Shown piece after piece: positions 1 to 9,882 of a stretch of 64,000 bases of DNA (positions are counted from its first letter, which is position 1; the number at the start of each line of letters is the position of its first letter). The DNA is from Coprothermobacterota bacterium. GTDB lineage: Bacteria > Coprothermobacterota > HKB111. The translations under genes and the position numbers were made by a program. The notes beneath the pieces are model-generated. The model did no database searches. It worked only from the letters and a program-made list of their open reading frames with translations, and had not been told where the DNA came from. The stretch spans positions 9,705-73,704 of the forward strand of contig JBBIUB010000002.1 of NCBI GenBank assembly GCA_037440465.1, read 5' to 3'.

Positions 1-329
1 ACCGCCTGTTTTTTGATAAAGGACGAGACAATTTCTTAATAGAACAAATAACTCATTTGGCACTTCTATGGGTTGAATCGAAGCCTTCTTACTAATCTCG
101 CTTAACAGAGAATCCTGTTTATATCTATCAAGAAAAAGATCTACCTTCCTAAACTCTTCCCAAGCTTCTCTAACTAATTCTTTATCCCTGCTATTATATA
201 TGGTTACTCCGGCATAAGTGTCCATTGTTATATCTCTGTAAACAACATTCCCGGTTTTTACACAAAAAAACCAAACAAAAAAAACAATAATAAGACTTAT
301 CAGCAGGATATATTTAAATATTCTCCGCA
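1..329 (-). CDS. apbE: FAD:protein FMN transferase ApbE family, N-terminal part (gene continues beyond window start)
   Basis: Minus-strand reading from ATG at 329 with GGGAG 4 nt upstream gives MRAVRRIFKYILLISLIIVFFVWFFC (signal/TM) then ...DKELVREAWEEFRKVDLFLDRYKQDSLLSEISKKA...LLRNCLVLYQKTGG. The TGG(AFD) ApbE signature region is recognisable. Lies at the end of the rnf array. Confidence 0.6.
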
Positions 330-1319
330 CAGCTCGCATCTCCCGACAGAATCAACCTTCATCGAGACAACCTTAAAACCCACTCTCTCTATCACCGCTT
401 TCTTGCATCTGGGACAAATTGTATCTTCTCCCCCTTCAATATGAATATTACCAAGATAAACAAACAATAAACCTTCTTCATAACCAATTTCTCTTCCTTT
501 GATAAGGATAGTAGTTGGAGTAGCAGGAAAGTGAGAAAGGTGATAATAAGGAAAAAAACGGGTTATATGCCAGGGGGTAGTATGCCCCAGTTCTTTTTTT
601 ATAAACTTGCTTATTTCTCTTAATTCCTTTTCACCATCATTAACAGTAGGAATAACATTTGTAACCACTTCTACATGCTTCCCTTTTTCTCTGGCGAGAA
701 CAGATGATCTCAATGGTATTGCAACCTCAGATAAACCTGTAATAAATTGAAAAGAATCTCTAAAAAATGCTTTTATATCTATTCGATACACATCTATGAA
801 AGGTAAAAGTTCTTTAAGTGGGGCTTCATTAATAAAACCATTGGTAACCATAACCGTGTAAAATCCTTTTTCTTTAAGCATTGGAGCACTTTCCATAATA
901 TAATCCCACCATATAGTTGGCTCATTATATGTCCAGGCCACACCCTGAGAATCAGTTTCTTTAGCAATTTGTACTAAAGTCTCAGGTTTTATTCTTTTTG
1001 TATTTACTTCTTCCAGAATAGATTGAGATAGCTCCCAGTTCTGGCAATGCTTACACCGCAAGTTGCATCCTACAGAACCTAAGGAAAGGACATTACTACC
1101 TGGTTTGTAATGGAAAACAGGTTTCTTCTCAATTGGGTCCACAGCTATTGAGGCTACAAGTTCATAAACCAAAGAAATTAAAACCCCCTCTCTATTTTTA
1201 CGTGTACCACAAACCCCTCTTTTTCCAGGATCCAACTTACATTTAATAGGGCAAAGGAGACATCTGACTTTCTCTGAAGTCAGTTTTTCATAATGAGTAA
1301 CTTTCTTCAAGATGTTCAA
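300..1319 (-). CDS. amrS: AmmeMemoRadiSam system radical SAM enzyme
   Basis: 339 aa with canonical CNLRCKHC (CxxxCxxC) radical SAM motif plus an N-terminal Cys cluster. Adjacent to AMMECR1 and Memo-like genes. Confidence 0.8.
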   Translation of the reverse strand: MNILKKVTHYEKLTSEKVRCLLCPIKCKLDPGKRGVCGTRKNREGVLISLVYELVASIAVDPIEKKPVFHYKPGSNVLSLGSVGCNLRCKHCQNWELSQSILEEVNTKRIKPETLVQIAKETDSQGVAWTYNEPTIWWDYIMESAPMLKEKGFYTVMVTNGFINEAPLKELLPFIDVYRIDIKAFFRDSFQFITGLSEVAIPLRSSVLAREKGKHVEVVTNVIPTVNDGEKELREISKFIKKELGHTTPWHITRFFPYYHLSHFPATPTTILIKGREIGYEEGLLFVYLGNIHIEGGEDTICPRCKKAVIERVGFKVVSMKVDSVGRCELCGEYLNISC

Positions 1320-1329
1320 GTCTTCGAAA

Positions 1330-1863
1330 TCAGTGATACCTTGTTACTTCAAAGCGATATATCTTAACTTCTTCACTTCCCAAATCTGCTTTTAACCTGG
1401 CTATCTCTAATTGCTTATCAACTGTATCTATACCTTCTATATCAGGAAGAAGAAGCCCTTTCTTGCCCCTCCCTTCTAATAAAACTCCATACCTCTTAGG
1501 ATCCAATTCTTCCTTTGAGTAAACAAATTCCAGGGGTTCCAAAACATCTACAGAATAGGTGAGTTCGTCTAACTCCTCAACACTAACTGGCAAAAACCGT
1601 GGGTCAAGAGTAACTGCTTTAATAGCATTATCAATAACTTCTAAAACCAGATTCTCCCTGGTCGGGACTATCGTTCCTATGCAACCCCTTAATTTTCCTT
1701 TATGCTTCAAAGTAACAAAACATGCATTCTTTTTAGAGGTATATTCTTTCATGTCAGGATGGGATACTTCCTCGTACCTTTTCCCCTCTTTAACATGAAA
1801 TTCGATTACCTCTTTAGCTAATTTAACTAAAGGATGCATTCTGGCTAACTGAAATACTTCCAA
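1330..1863 (-). CDS. amrA: AMMECR1 domain protein (AmmeMemoRadiSam system protein A)
   Basis: 177 aa; the CFVTLKHKGKLRGCIGT motif is typical of AMMECR1. Confidence 0.8.
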   Translation of the reverse strand: MEVFQLARMHPLVKLAKEVIEFHVKEGKRYEEVSHPDMKEYTSKKNACFVTLKHKGKLRGCIGTIVPTRENLVLEVIDNAIKAVTLDPRFLPVSVEELDELTYSVDVLEPLEFVYSKEELDPKRYGVLLEGRGKKGLLLPDIEGIDTVDKQLEIARLKADLGSEEVKIYRFEVTRYH

Positions 1864-2629
1864 CTAAATAACCAACTCCAAAGGGTCCCTCATATGAATA
1901 GAGCTTAGTATTTATTTGCTCTCCAGTGAAAAATCCCAGAACTGCGAGTAGAGGTCTAAATCCACACTCAGCAGCATGTTCCAGAATATCTTTATCCATT
2001 TCCAGAAGAATATTCTTATTACCAGTGCTAAAGAAATCAGATATATATTTGTCAAACACTTTCCCTCTTATATCATATCCTGCTGGAGCACTATGTGTAA
2101 GACAATGGGAGAGGTCACCACTTGCCAAAAAAAGAATATTTCTCCCCAGCTCCTTTGCTATACTATCAATTACTCTACCTATTTCCTTGGAATACTCTGA
2201 ATCGTTCCAGCATATACCACTTGCAACTATTTTTCCTTTTATCCCTTTTTTCTGAAGAAAATACAACGGAACCAGTACCCCGTGGTCAAGAGGTTTATCT
2301 TTAATTGCTTCAAATTTAATTTTTCCATTAAAAGAAAAGAGTTTATTTAAAAACTCTTCATCAGAGTAAGCTTTTAGAGAAAACCCTGAGATTCCAAAAT
2401 GCGAAAAATCTCCACTTAATACCTTCTGCGAATAAACATTGATACTTTCAATACCTGCTGGTGCATGTGGACTAACAATCAAGATAGTATCAAAAGATAT
2501 ATCTTTTATATCATTAAGAGCATTGTCGATTCCTCCTAATGTGTTCTCAACACGCTTCAAGTAATTTTTACCAATTTCATCAATTATTATAGGAGGATGC
2601 GGAAACAATAAACCAACTTTATGATACAC
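1823..2629 (-). CDS. amrB: AmmeMemoRadiSam system protein B (MEMO1/extradiol dioxygenase class III-like)
   Basis: 268 aa Memo-like fold. Position in the Amme-Memo-RadicalSAM trio. Confidence 0.7.
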   Translation of the reverse strand: MYHKVGLLFPHPPIIIDEIGKNYLKRVENTLGGIDNALNDIKDISFDTILIVSPHAPAGIESINVYSQKVLSGDFSHFGISGFSLKAYSDEEFLNKLFSFNGKIKFEAIKDKPLDHGVLVPLYFLQKKGIKGKIVASGICWNDSEYSKEIGRVIDSIAKELGRNILFLASGDLSHCLTHSAPAGYDIRGKVFDKYISDFFSTGNKNILLEMDKDILEHAAECGFRPLLAVLGFFTGEQINTKLYSYEGPFGVGYLVGSISVSQNASFS

Positions 2630-3452
2630 AGGTCGATTCAGTTACCTCCATATACTGTACAATAGTATGTGTAGGGCATTTCTCAACGCAAGTCCCACAA
2701 TTATCACAGAGATTGTAGTCTATAATAGCTAAATTGCCAAGTATAGGATCTAAATGTATTGCACCTTTTGGGCAATTTTTAACACATACTCCGCATTTAA
2801 TACAACCAACTTTACATGCTTTTCTAACATCAGGTCCTCTTTGTACAGATGCACATGTAATTACTGTTCTTTTTTCTTTATCAATTAAAGTTATTACATT
2901 TCTCGGACAGCTACTTACACAAAGCCCACAAGAAGTACACTTCTCTTCGTTTATGAATGGCAGACCAGTCTCAACCATTGTAATAGCCTCAAAAGGACAA
3001 GCTAATTCGCAATCTCCAAGACCCAAGCAGCTATATATGCATTGCTTAAAACCACCAGAGATTTGAGAAGCAGCTTTGCATGAATATATACCTTCATATT
3101 TAGCTCTAACAACTGCATTTTCCTTATCTCCCTGGCATTTCATTCTTGCTGTCCTGGGAAGTATGACTTGTGCCTTTATTCCCATTATCTGAGAAATCTC
3201 ACCAGCTATTTTTGCTCCTCCTACAGTACATTTTGTGGGAACTGCTTCGCCATTAACAATGGCTTCAGATAGTTGTCGGCAACCAGGAAATCCACATGCA
3301 CCACAATTTGCTCCAGGGAGAAGGGCTAAAATATGTTCAAGCTTAGGGTCTTCTTCTACTCTGAATTTAAGAGAAAAAAGAGCAAGACCAGCTCCAAAAA
3401 CCAAGCCTAAACCACCAGCAATTAATGCACCTTTTAATATATTCGCCAGCAT
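2619..3452 (-). CDS. rnfB: Rnf complex subunit B (polyferredoxin type)
   Basis: N-terminal TM plus CGACGFPGC Fe-S domain, then multiple CxxCxxCxxxCP 4Fe-4S motifs. Last gene of rnfCDGEAB. Confidence 0.9.
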   Translation of the reverse strand: MLANILKGALIAGGLGLVFGAGLALFSLKFRVEEDPKLEHILALLPGANCGACGFPGCRQLSEAIVNGEAVPTKCTVGGAKIAGEISQIMGIKAQVILPRTARMKCQGDKENAVVRAKYEGIYSCKAASQISGGFKQCIYSCLGLGDCELACPFEAITMVETGLPFINEEKCTSCGLCVSSCPRNVITLIDKEKRTVITCASVQRGPDVRKACKVGCIKCGVCVKNCPKGAIHLDPILGNLAIIDYNLCDNCGTCVEKCPTHTIVQYMEVTESTCVS

Positions 3453-3466
3453 ATCCAGCTCTCCTT

Positions 3467-4054
3467 TTATTTAGCCATTCCAGAAAAACCCATAAAAGCT
3501 ATTGATAATAATGCAGTCATAATAAATACTATTGGATAACCACTCAAGGGAGCTGGAACATTACTATTTTTTATTCTCTCTCTAAGATTTGCAAGCAGGA
3601 ATAGTGCCAGGACATAGCCCAAAGCTACTCCTGCTGAACTAACTACAGCTTTTATTAAAGTATATCCTTCTCTCTGGTTTATAAAGGTAACGCCTAATAT
3701 CGCACAATTTGTAGTAATTAATGGTAGATAAATACCCATGACTCTATAAAGAGATGGAACACTCTTACGTAGATAAAGTTCTACAAGTTGAACAAGAGAC
3801 GCTATAACAAGAATAAAAGTTAGGGTGCTGAGGTAAGTCAGACCGAAGGGTATGAGAAGTAAGTTATTCAAAAACCAGGTAACCGCACCTGCTAAAACCA
3901 TAACAAATGTTACTGCCCAGCTCATTCCCAATGCAGCTCCAATGTCAGTTGTCATTCCTACATAAGAGCAAAGTGCCAAAAATCTCATTAAAACTATATT
4001 ATTAACCAGAAGAGCAGCTATAAAAAGGTTAAGAAGATCCATGTTGATGGCCAC
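3467..4054 (-). CDS. rnfA: Rnf complex subunit A
   Basis: 195 aa polytopic membrane protein of the RnfA/NqrE type. Confidence 0.85.
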   Translation of the reverse strand: MAINMDLLNLFIAALLVNNIVLMRFLALCSYVGMTTDIGAALGMSWAVTFVMVLAGAVTWFLNNLLLIPFGLTYLSTLTFILVIASLVQLVELYLRKSVPSLYRVMGIYLPLITTNCAILGVTFINQREGYTLIKAVVSSAGVALGYVLALFLLANLRERIKNSNVPAPLSGYPIVFIMTALLSIAFMGFSGMAK

Positions 4055-4655
4055 CTCCCGCTCCTTTCTTTTTAAATATCGTATTAAAAATTGAAATCAT
4101 AAGTCCGATCGTGAAAAATGCACCAGGAGGTAAAATCATAATTAAAGCTGGCTCAAAGTTAGAAGGAACCACTGGATAACCTAAGATAGTCCCATTACCT
4201 AAAAGCTCTCTTATTCCTGAAAGAATGAATAATGTAAGGATAAAACCAGCTCCTATACCTATAGCATCAACAATTGACCATACTGTGCTTTGACGAGAAG
4301 CAAATGCTTCTGCTCTTCCCATTACTATACAATTCACAACAATAAGAGGAATAAATATTCCAAGTGCTTTGTGTAAGGGAGGAAAATAAGCAGCCATAAT
4401 TAAATCAGTTATAGTAACAAATGTAGCAATTACTATGATAAATACGGGTATTCTAATCTCTTTAGGAACCCATCTCCTTATTATTGATATTGTTAGATTG
4501 GACCCTAAAAGAACAAAAGTTGTAGCCAACCCCATTCCAACCCCATTAAGGATTGTAATTGAAACAGCAAGAACAGGGCACAGACCTAACATTAATTTTA
4601 GAACAGCATTTTCTTCAACTATCCCATTTACAAAGACATTCCAAAGATTTTTCAT
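4029..4655 (-). CDS. rnfE: Rnf complex subunit E
   Basis: 208 aa; LGLCPVLAV motif typical of RnfE/NqrD. Confidence 0.85.
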   Translation of the reverse strand: MKNLWNVFVNGIVEENAVLKLMLGLCPVLAVSITILNGVGMGLATTFVLLGSNLTISIIRRWVPKEIRIPVFIIVIATFVTITDLIMAAYFPPLHKALGIFIPLIVVNCIVMGRAEAFASRQSTVWSIVDAIGIGAGFILTLFILSGIRELLGNGTILGYPVVPSNFEPALIMILPPGAFFTIGLMISIFNTIFKKKGAGGGHQHGSS

Positions 4656-5215
4656 TTTAGCCAGACCTCCTTATTCTGAAGAATAAGTGTTGCAGCTTTC
4701 TGAACAGCTTTAGTAACAGCTACCGATGATTTAGTAGCCCCAGTTATAGCTTCAATATCTGTCTTTACTTCAAAGGGGTCTCTTAAAGATTTCCCGGTAA
4801 AACGATTAAGAAAATCGACACCAGTAATTTTAGAACCCAACCCGGGAGTTTCTTTGTGCTCTACAACCTTAATGCCCACAATCTTCTCTTCTTTAGTGAT
4901 TCCAACTAAAATAAGTATTGGACCTCCGTAACCTACAACTTCAACCTTAGCTACTAATCCTTTCCTTAACTCTTCATCATCAAAACCAATATATATCTCT
5001 TTTATTTTTACAATCTTATCAAGACGAACTGGCTCAAAACCTTCAAGAAGATGAAAATCAGCTGCTGATGGGAAAACCTCAGTAAGTAAATTTTTTATTT
5101 CATCAGATTTGGCTTGTTCGATAATAGGTTCAGTCTGATGATAAACAAGCGATAAGGAGCCTGAGGCTATAATGCTAGCAAACATTAGTATAAAACCATG
5201 TTTTACAACATTCAT
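4652..5215 (-). CDS. rnfG: Rnf complex subunit G (FMN-binding)
   Basis: 187 aa; N-terminal TM and FMN_bind motif ITGATKSS (the flavinylated Thr). Confidence 0.85.
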   Translation of the reverse strand: MNVVKHGFILMFASIIASGSLSLVYHQTEPIIEQAKSDEIKNLLTEVFPSAADFHLLEGFEPVRLDKIVKIKEIYIGFDDEELRKGLVAKVEVVGYGGPILILVGITKEEKIVGIKVVEHKETPGLGSKITGVDFLNRFTGKSLRDPFEVKTDIEAITGATKSSVAVTKAVQKAATLILQNKEVWLK

Positions 5216-6150
5216 TTTTTCACCTCACCAAACTTCCTTGGTAAAGTAACTCTTTCAATTATTGGAGAAAATGCATTCATTATCAAAATTGCATAGGTAA
5301 CACCTTCTGGATACCCTCCAAAAGCTCTAATAATCAGAGTGAGAATTCCACAACCTAATCCAAAGATTAATCTTCCTTTTGAAGTAACAGGACTTGTCAC
5401 ATAATCTGTAGCCATGAAAAAAGCTCCCAGCATAACTCCACCAGCTAAAATCTCAATAACTGGATCCCTTCCCAATAAAAGGCTAAGAATGGCCATGCTT
5501 CCCAAATATGAAACAGGGATATACCATTCGATGGTTCTCGTCATAAGCAAATATATACCTCCAATAAGAATAAGTAAAGCTGAAGTTTCACCAATTGAAC
5601 CAGATACATTTCCATAGAATAAATCCCAGTATGAAGGTAGTTTATCAACTCCATCTTTTAACAATGCAAGTGGTGTGGCCGTTGTTAGACTTTCAAATGG
5701 AGTAATAAAAGTTGTTATATGCACCGGCCAGGACACACTTAGGACAGCTCTTCCTATAAGTGCAGGGTTAAAGGGATTTTGACCTAAACCACCGAAAAAC
5801 TCTTTAGCTACGATAATGGCAATCCCACTACCTACAACAGGAATCCACCATGGTACTGAAGGTGGCAAGGTTAATCCAAGAAGAATACCCGTTACAACCC
5901 CGCTTGAATAAGTTCCGGGGATTATTTTTCTCTTAAATACTCTTAATATAAGAAATTCAAAAACAATAGCTGAAACAGTAGATAGACCTACCACACGTAA
6001 AAAATTAACTATTCCAAAGAAATAAACTGCAGCAATCATAACAGGGATTAAGCCGATGATGACTCTCCTCATAATTTTATTTGGATTAAGATCTGTACGA
6101 AAATGAGGAGAAGGCGAGATTACAATTTTAGTATTAAATTCACTGGACAC
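5212..6150 (-). CDS. rnfD: Rnf complex subunit D
   Basis: 312 aa NqrB/RnfD-type polytopic membrane protein. Confidence 0.9.
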   Translation of the reverse strand: MSSEFNTKIVISPSPHFRTDLNPNKIMRRVIIGLIPVMIAAVYFFGIVNFLRVVGLSTVSAIVFEFLILRVFKRKIIPGTYSSGVVTGILLGLTLPPSVPWWIPVVGSGIAIIVAKEFFGGLGQNPFNPALIGRAVLSVSWPVHITTFITPFESLTTATPLALLKDGVDKLPSYWDLFYGNVSGSIGETSALLILIGGIYLLMTRTIEWYIPVSYLGSMAILSLLLGRDPVIEILAGGVMLGAFFMATDYVTSPVTSKGRLIFGLGCGILTLIIRAFGGYPEGVTYAILIMNAFSPIIERVTLPRKFGEVKK

Positions 6151-6162
6151 AATTATTACCTC

Positions 6163-7461
6163 CTAAGCCTTAGTGCTAACTTTTCTTCTTTTGAAAATCT
6201 CTGACTTGGCTACCTTAACATAATGAACTAAAGGAATTGAGGCTGGGCATGCATAAGTACAACTACCACACTCAAAACAGTCAAGAGCTCCGAAATACTC
6301 AGCTTTTGAATAGTCTTCAATTTTAGTGTTCAATGCTATATATAAAGGCATTAACCTGAGGGGACAGACTTTCACGCACCTACCGCATCTAATACACTCA
6401 CCTTGCATGAATTCATCTTTTTTTCTTAAAAAGAGAACACCAGAAGTGCCTTTAATAATTGGGACATCGAGAGATGACTGTGTTATCCCGGTCATCGGCC
6501 CTCCTGTTACAACTTTATATGGTTCTTCAGGTAATTTAATGTAATTATCAGAAACATCTTTGATAAGTGTTCCGAGTGTTACCATTGCATTGGCAGGTTC
6601 TTTAATTAAATCTCCTGATATAGTAATAACTCTTTCTGTAAGAACCTTTCCTTCAAGGATTGCTTCAGTAAGACAAATAGCAGTAGAAACATTACTGACC
6701 ACTACTCCAACATCCATAGGAAGTCCGCCTCTGGGTACTTCTCTCTTTAGAAGAGTCTTTATTAGTACCTTCTCTGCACCTTGAGGATATTTTGAAGGAA
6801 GAATAGATACCTTAATAGCTTCTTCAGCTTTTACAGACTCATTCATAATTGTAATAGCATCTTTTTTATTATCTTCTATTGCAATTATCCCATTTCTTGC
6901 TCCAACAGCTTTCATCATTAATTTAAGACCAAGAATAATTTTATTAGATTTCTCCAGCATCTGTCTGTGGTCAACAGTAAGATAAGGTTCGCATTCTGCG
7001 CCATTTATAATAACTACTTCAACAGGTTTGTTGGGGTTTAGTTTTACTGCTGTGGGGAATGCAGCTCCACCTAAACCAACCAATCCAGCTTCTCTTGACC
7101 TTGATGAAATTTCCTGTGGAGAAATATTCATTCCCAGAGGTTTAAGCTTTAATTCTTCAAAGTCACCTTCTCCTTCAATAATGACAGATTCTATCTCTCG
7201 ACCAAGTGTAGGGTGCATCCAAGGGGAAATCGCTTTAATCTTACCGCTGATAGAAGCATGAATGGGAGCAAAAACATACTGGGTTGAATCACCTATAACC
7301 TGGCCTTTTGTAACCATGTCACCAACTTTGACAATAGGCTGAGCTAAGGCTCCTGTATGTTGCTGTAAAGGAAGAACTACCAATTTAGGAACTGGTAACT
7401 GTGAAATTGGTTTTTGACAGGTTATTTTTAATTCTGGTGGTCGTAATTCATGATAGGACAT
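6163..7461 (-). CDS. rnfC: Rnf complex subunit C
   Basis: 432 aa; GGAAFPT NADH-binding region and two C-terminal CxxCxxCxxxCP motifs. Confidence 0.9.
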   Translation of the reverse strand: MSYHELRPPELKITCQKPISQLPVPKLVVLPLQQHTGALAQPIVKVGDMVTKGQVIGDSTQYVFAPIHASISGKIKAISPWMHPTLGREIESVIIEGEGDFEELKLKPLGMNISPQEISSRSREAGLVGLGGAAFPTAVKLNPNKPVEVVIINGAECEPYLTVDHRQMLEKSNKIILGLKLMMKAVGARNGIIAIEDNKKDAITIMNESVKAEEAIKVSILPSKYPQGAEKVLIKTLLKREVPRGGLPMDVGVVVSNVSTAICLTEAILEGKVLTERVITISGDLIKEPANAMVTLGTLIKDVSDNYIKLPEEPYKVVTGGPMTGITQSSLDVPIIKGTSGVLFLRKKDEFMQGECIRCGRCVKVCPLRLMPLYIALNTKIEDYSKAEYFGALDCFECGSCTYACPASIPLVHYVKVAKSEIFKRRKVSTKA

Positions 7462-8188
7462 CGTATTTCCTCCTAATATATCTATCTTCTTCTGTCTTAA
7501 AAATATACAGTAATCCTTCCCAGTTTAATTCATTTAGATAAACCTGAGTGAGATTAGGCTCAAGATCAGAAATGTCATGAGCATCAGAAAAACATACCAT
7601 TTTTAAGTGTTTCGGGATTTTCACTTTCAATGTTCCATGAGATGACATCTCTACTCCTTCAATATTCAAGCCTGGGGGTATAAAACCCAGCTGGGAGAAA
7701 ATACTAAAAGAAGATCTATTGACATGAGCTAACAAAATGAAAGTATTATATTCCCTGGCTTTTGAAATAATCTCTTCTAAAGAAAGATTAACAGAAGGCA
7801 TAAGTAACCTTTTTTCTATTGATTTAACCATATCTTTTTCATTAACAATAATCTGGGGTTTTACTGCATCTACATCATCAAAAATAACAGGTAAATGCTT
7901 CCGTAAGAGAACCTCAAATCTCAAAGCTTCTAAATAATTCTTAAAATATATCAGCAGATGAACCTCTTCTCTGGACTGTACTTCAATACCTGGTAAAACT
8001 TGAATATCATATTTCTTCCCGGCTTCACAAAAAGCAGGATAATTTCTTATTGAATGATGATCGGTTATGCCAATCATATCCAAGCCCATTGTTTTGGCTT
8101 TAGAGATAATTTTCCTTGGACTCATATCCCAGGTTGAACAAGGCGAAAGAACAGAATGGATATGAAGATCTATGTTGTACCATCGCAA
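7448..8188 (-). CDS. PHP domain phosphoesterase (HfsC-like)
   Basis: N-terminal DLHIHSVLSPCS and ITDHHS PHP metal-binding motifs. Confidence 0.75.
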   Translation of the reverse strand: MRWYNIDLHIHSVLSPCSTWDMSPRKIISKAKTMGLDMIGITDHHSIRNYPAFCEAGKKYDIQVLPGIEVQSREEVHLLIYFKNYLEALRFEVLLRKHLPVIFDDVDAVKPQIIVNEKDMVKSIEKRLLMPSVNLSLEEIISKAREYNTFILLAHVNRSSFSIFSQLGFIPPGLNIEGVEMSSHGTLKVKIPKHLKMVCFSDAHDISDLEPNLTQVYLNELNWEGLLYIFKTEEDRYIRRKYDVLS

Positions 8189-8529
8189 GGAAGAGTTCCC
8201 CTTATACCAAAAGAATAAAGCTTCCCAATAAGCTCAAATGCAGAGAAAGAAGTTATTAAAATAGATATATTTTCTTCTTTTGCTTTGTTAATTACGTCCT
8301 CTCCGACTTCATGGTTTGAAGCAATAATAACTGCAGATACCTTGCAAAGCGAAGCTACAGCAATTACATTCATATGTGTTTGAATAGTAATCCAAATGTC
8401 ACCTTCTTTGGCACAGCCCATGACATAGCTCAAGAGGTCAGATACAATACCTTTTTTTACTTCAACCTCAAGATCTCCTTCATTTACTAAATCTAAACCA
8501 ATATTTTTAATAATTTCTCTAAGAACCAA
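8170..8529 (-). CDS. DRTGG domain protein
   Basis: 119 aa, similar to the DRTGG paralog at 10760..11113. Embedded in the Hfs-like module. Confidence 0.6.
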   Translation of the reverse strand: MVLREIIKNIGLDLVNEGDLEVEVKKGIVSDLLSYVMGCAKEGDIWITIQTHMNVIAVASLCKVSAVIIASNHEVGEDVINKAKEENISILITSFSAFELIGKLYSFGIRGTLPCDGTT

Positions 8530-9825
8530 CTATTTCACCTCCCTTGATTTAAAACGAACTGAAGAAGGCCCAAGGTGTGATAAATCTCTAACATCTTCAG
8601 CCAATTTTTTCAGTTTGTCTCTTAGAACAAAAATACAATCTGTTATATAAGACCAACCAAGTACTACATCTTCAGCAAAAGCCCGACAAGTTGGAGCGCC
8701 ACAAGCTCCACAATCTATACCTGGTAAGGTTTCAAGAATATGTTCTAACTCTTCCATTTTTCTCATAGAAACATCAATATCATCATCTAACCTTAAAACA
8801 GGTCTTGCTGTAATCTCCTTAGTTAGATTAAACTTTCCAGATTCATACATTGATAATATCTCATCTTTTAAATCATGTGGTATAGTATTTTTTAGTTTAC
8901 TTCTAATATTTTTAAGATTAAAGTCTATTACATGAGTAGAGAGAGCATTAAGTACACCACCAGCACAACCATTACGACATGCCCATAACTCAAGATAATT
9001 AATTGATGCAAAATGACGGGTTTCTACCTCATGGAGAACTTCTGAAACCTCACTTATATAACAAATATTTATACCACTGTATGTTGGTAAGAAATCAGCA
9101 AGCCAATCTCCATCAGCTCCAAGTAACCCTCTGCTTAAGCCATCTCCATTAGTATTTTCAAAAAAGCGTTTGGCTAAATGATAAACATGACTGATGGGGA
9201 TAACATAGTTAATTTGCGAGAAATCCACACCCAAAGGTGTTTTTACAGAAGTAACCTGTGCAGGACAGGATACAAGAAGAGCTACTTGAAATTCTCTATT
9301 CATCTCTTTTACAATTCGAGCTCCTACTTCCCATGGCGAGTCAAGTTTAACCATAAACTGAAGAATATCTGGAAATCTTACTGATAGAAAGCGAGGAATG
9401 CTCGGGCATATTAAAGGAATAAACTTTTGGTTACTTCTATTTTTCATAAAATAGTCTGATAGAAATAAGGGATAAGCTTCAAAAATCATATTAAGATCGA
9501 AAGACCCTTTAAAACCCAGCGATTTGATAAATTTATCCATGACATCAAAAGGAGGTGGTGGGTTAAAATGAGCGTAGAATACAGGAGGAATTAGAACTAT
9601 GGTATTGCTTTTTTCAGGAACAGAAGATAAAGAATCAAATAAAACACCATGGGCTTTATAAGGACATGCTTTTACACACTCTCCACAATCTACACAACGG
9701 ACTGGCAGGATTCGAGCTTTTCCCTCCATAACCCTGATAGACTCAGTAGGGCAATGACGTACACAATGTGTGCACCCCCTGCATATACTTTCTTCCATTA
9801 TTATTGAATGCATATACCCTTTCAA
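8530..9825 (-). CDS. [FeFe]-hydrogenase-like sensory protein (HydS/HfsB-like) with C-terminal RnfB-type Fe-S domain
   Basis: Two N-terminal 4Fe-4S ferredoxin motifs (CRGCTHCVRHCP, CVDCGECVKACP). H-cluster-like L3 motif ELWACRNGCAGG and L2-like VSCP present, but L1 TSCCP is replaced by ICPS. C-terminal LPGIDCGACGAPTC domain. Confidence 0.7.
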   Translation of the reverse strand: MKGYMHSIIMEESICRGCTHCVRHCPTESIRVMEGKARILPVRCVDCGECVKACPYKAHGVLFDSLSSVPEKSNTIVLIPPVFYAHFNPPPPFDVMDKFIKSLGFKGSFDLNMIFEAYPLFLSDYFMKNRSNQKFIPLICPSIPRFLSVRFPDILQFMVKLDSPWEVGARIVKEMNREFQVALLVSCPAQVTSVKTPLGVDFSQINYVIPISHVYHLAKRFFENTNGDGLSRGLLGADGDWLADFLPTYSGINICYISEVSEVLHEVETRHFASINYLELWACRNGCAGGVLNALSTHVIDFNLKNIRSKLKNTIPHDLKDEILSMYESGKFNLTKEITARPVLRLDDDIDVSMRKMEELEHILETLPGIDCGACGAPTCRAFAEDVVLGWSYITDCIFVLRDKLKKLAEDVRDLSHLGPSSVRFKSREVK

Positions 9826-9882
9826 TTCATCTACCTCCCTAAATAAACAATAGCTTTTAGTCTGGTTTCTACAATCTCCCTT

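Noticed and set aside
1559-2304. Four plus-strand ORFs (79, 109, 74, 60 aa)
   Set aside because: Antisense shadows inside the well-supported amrA and amrB genes. Low-complexity translations.
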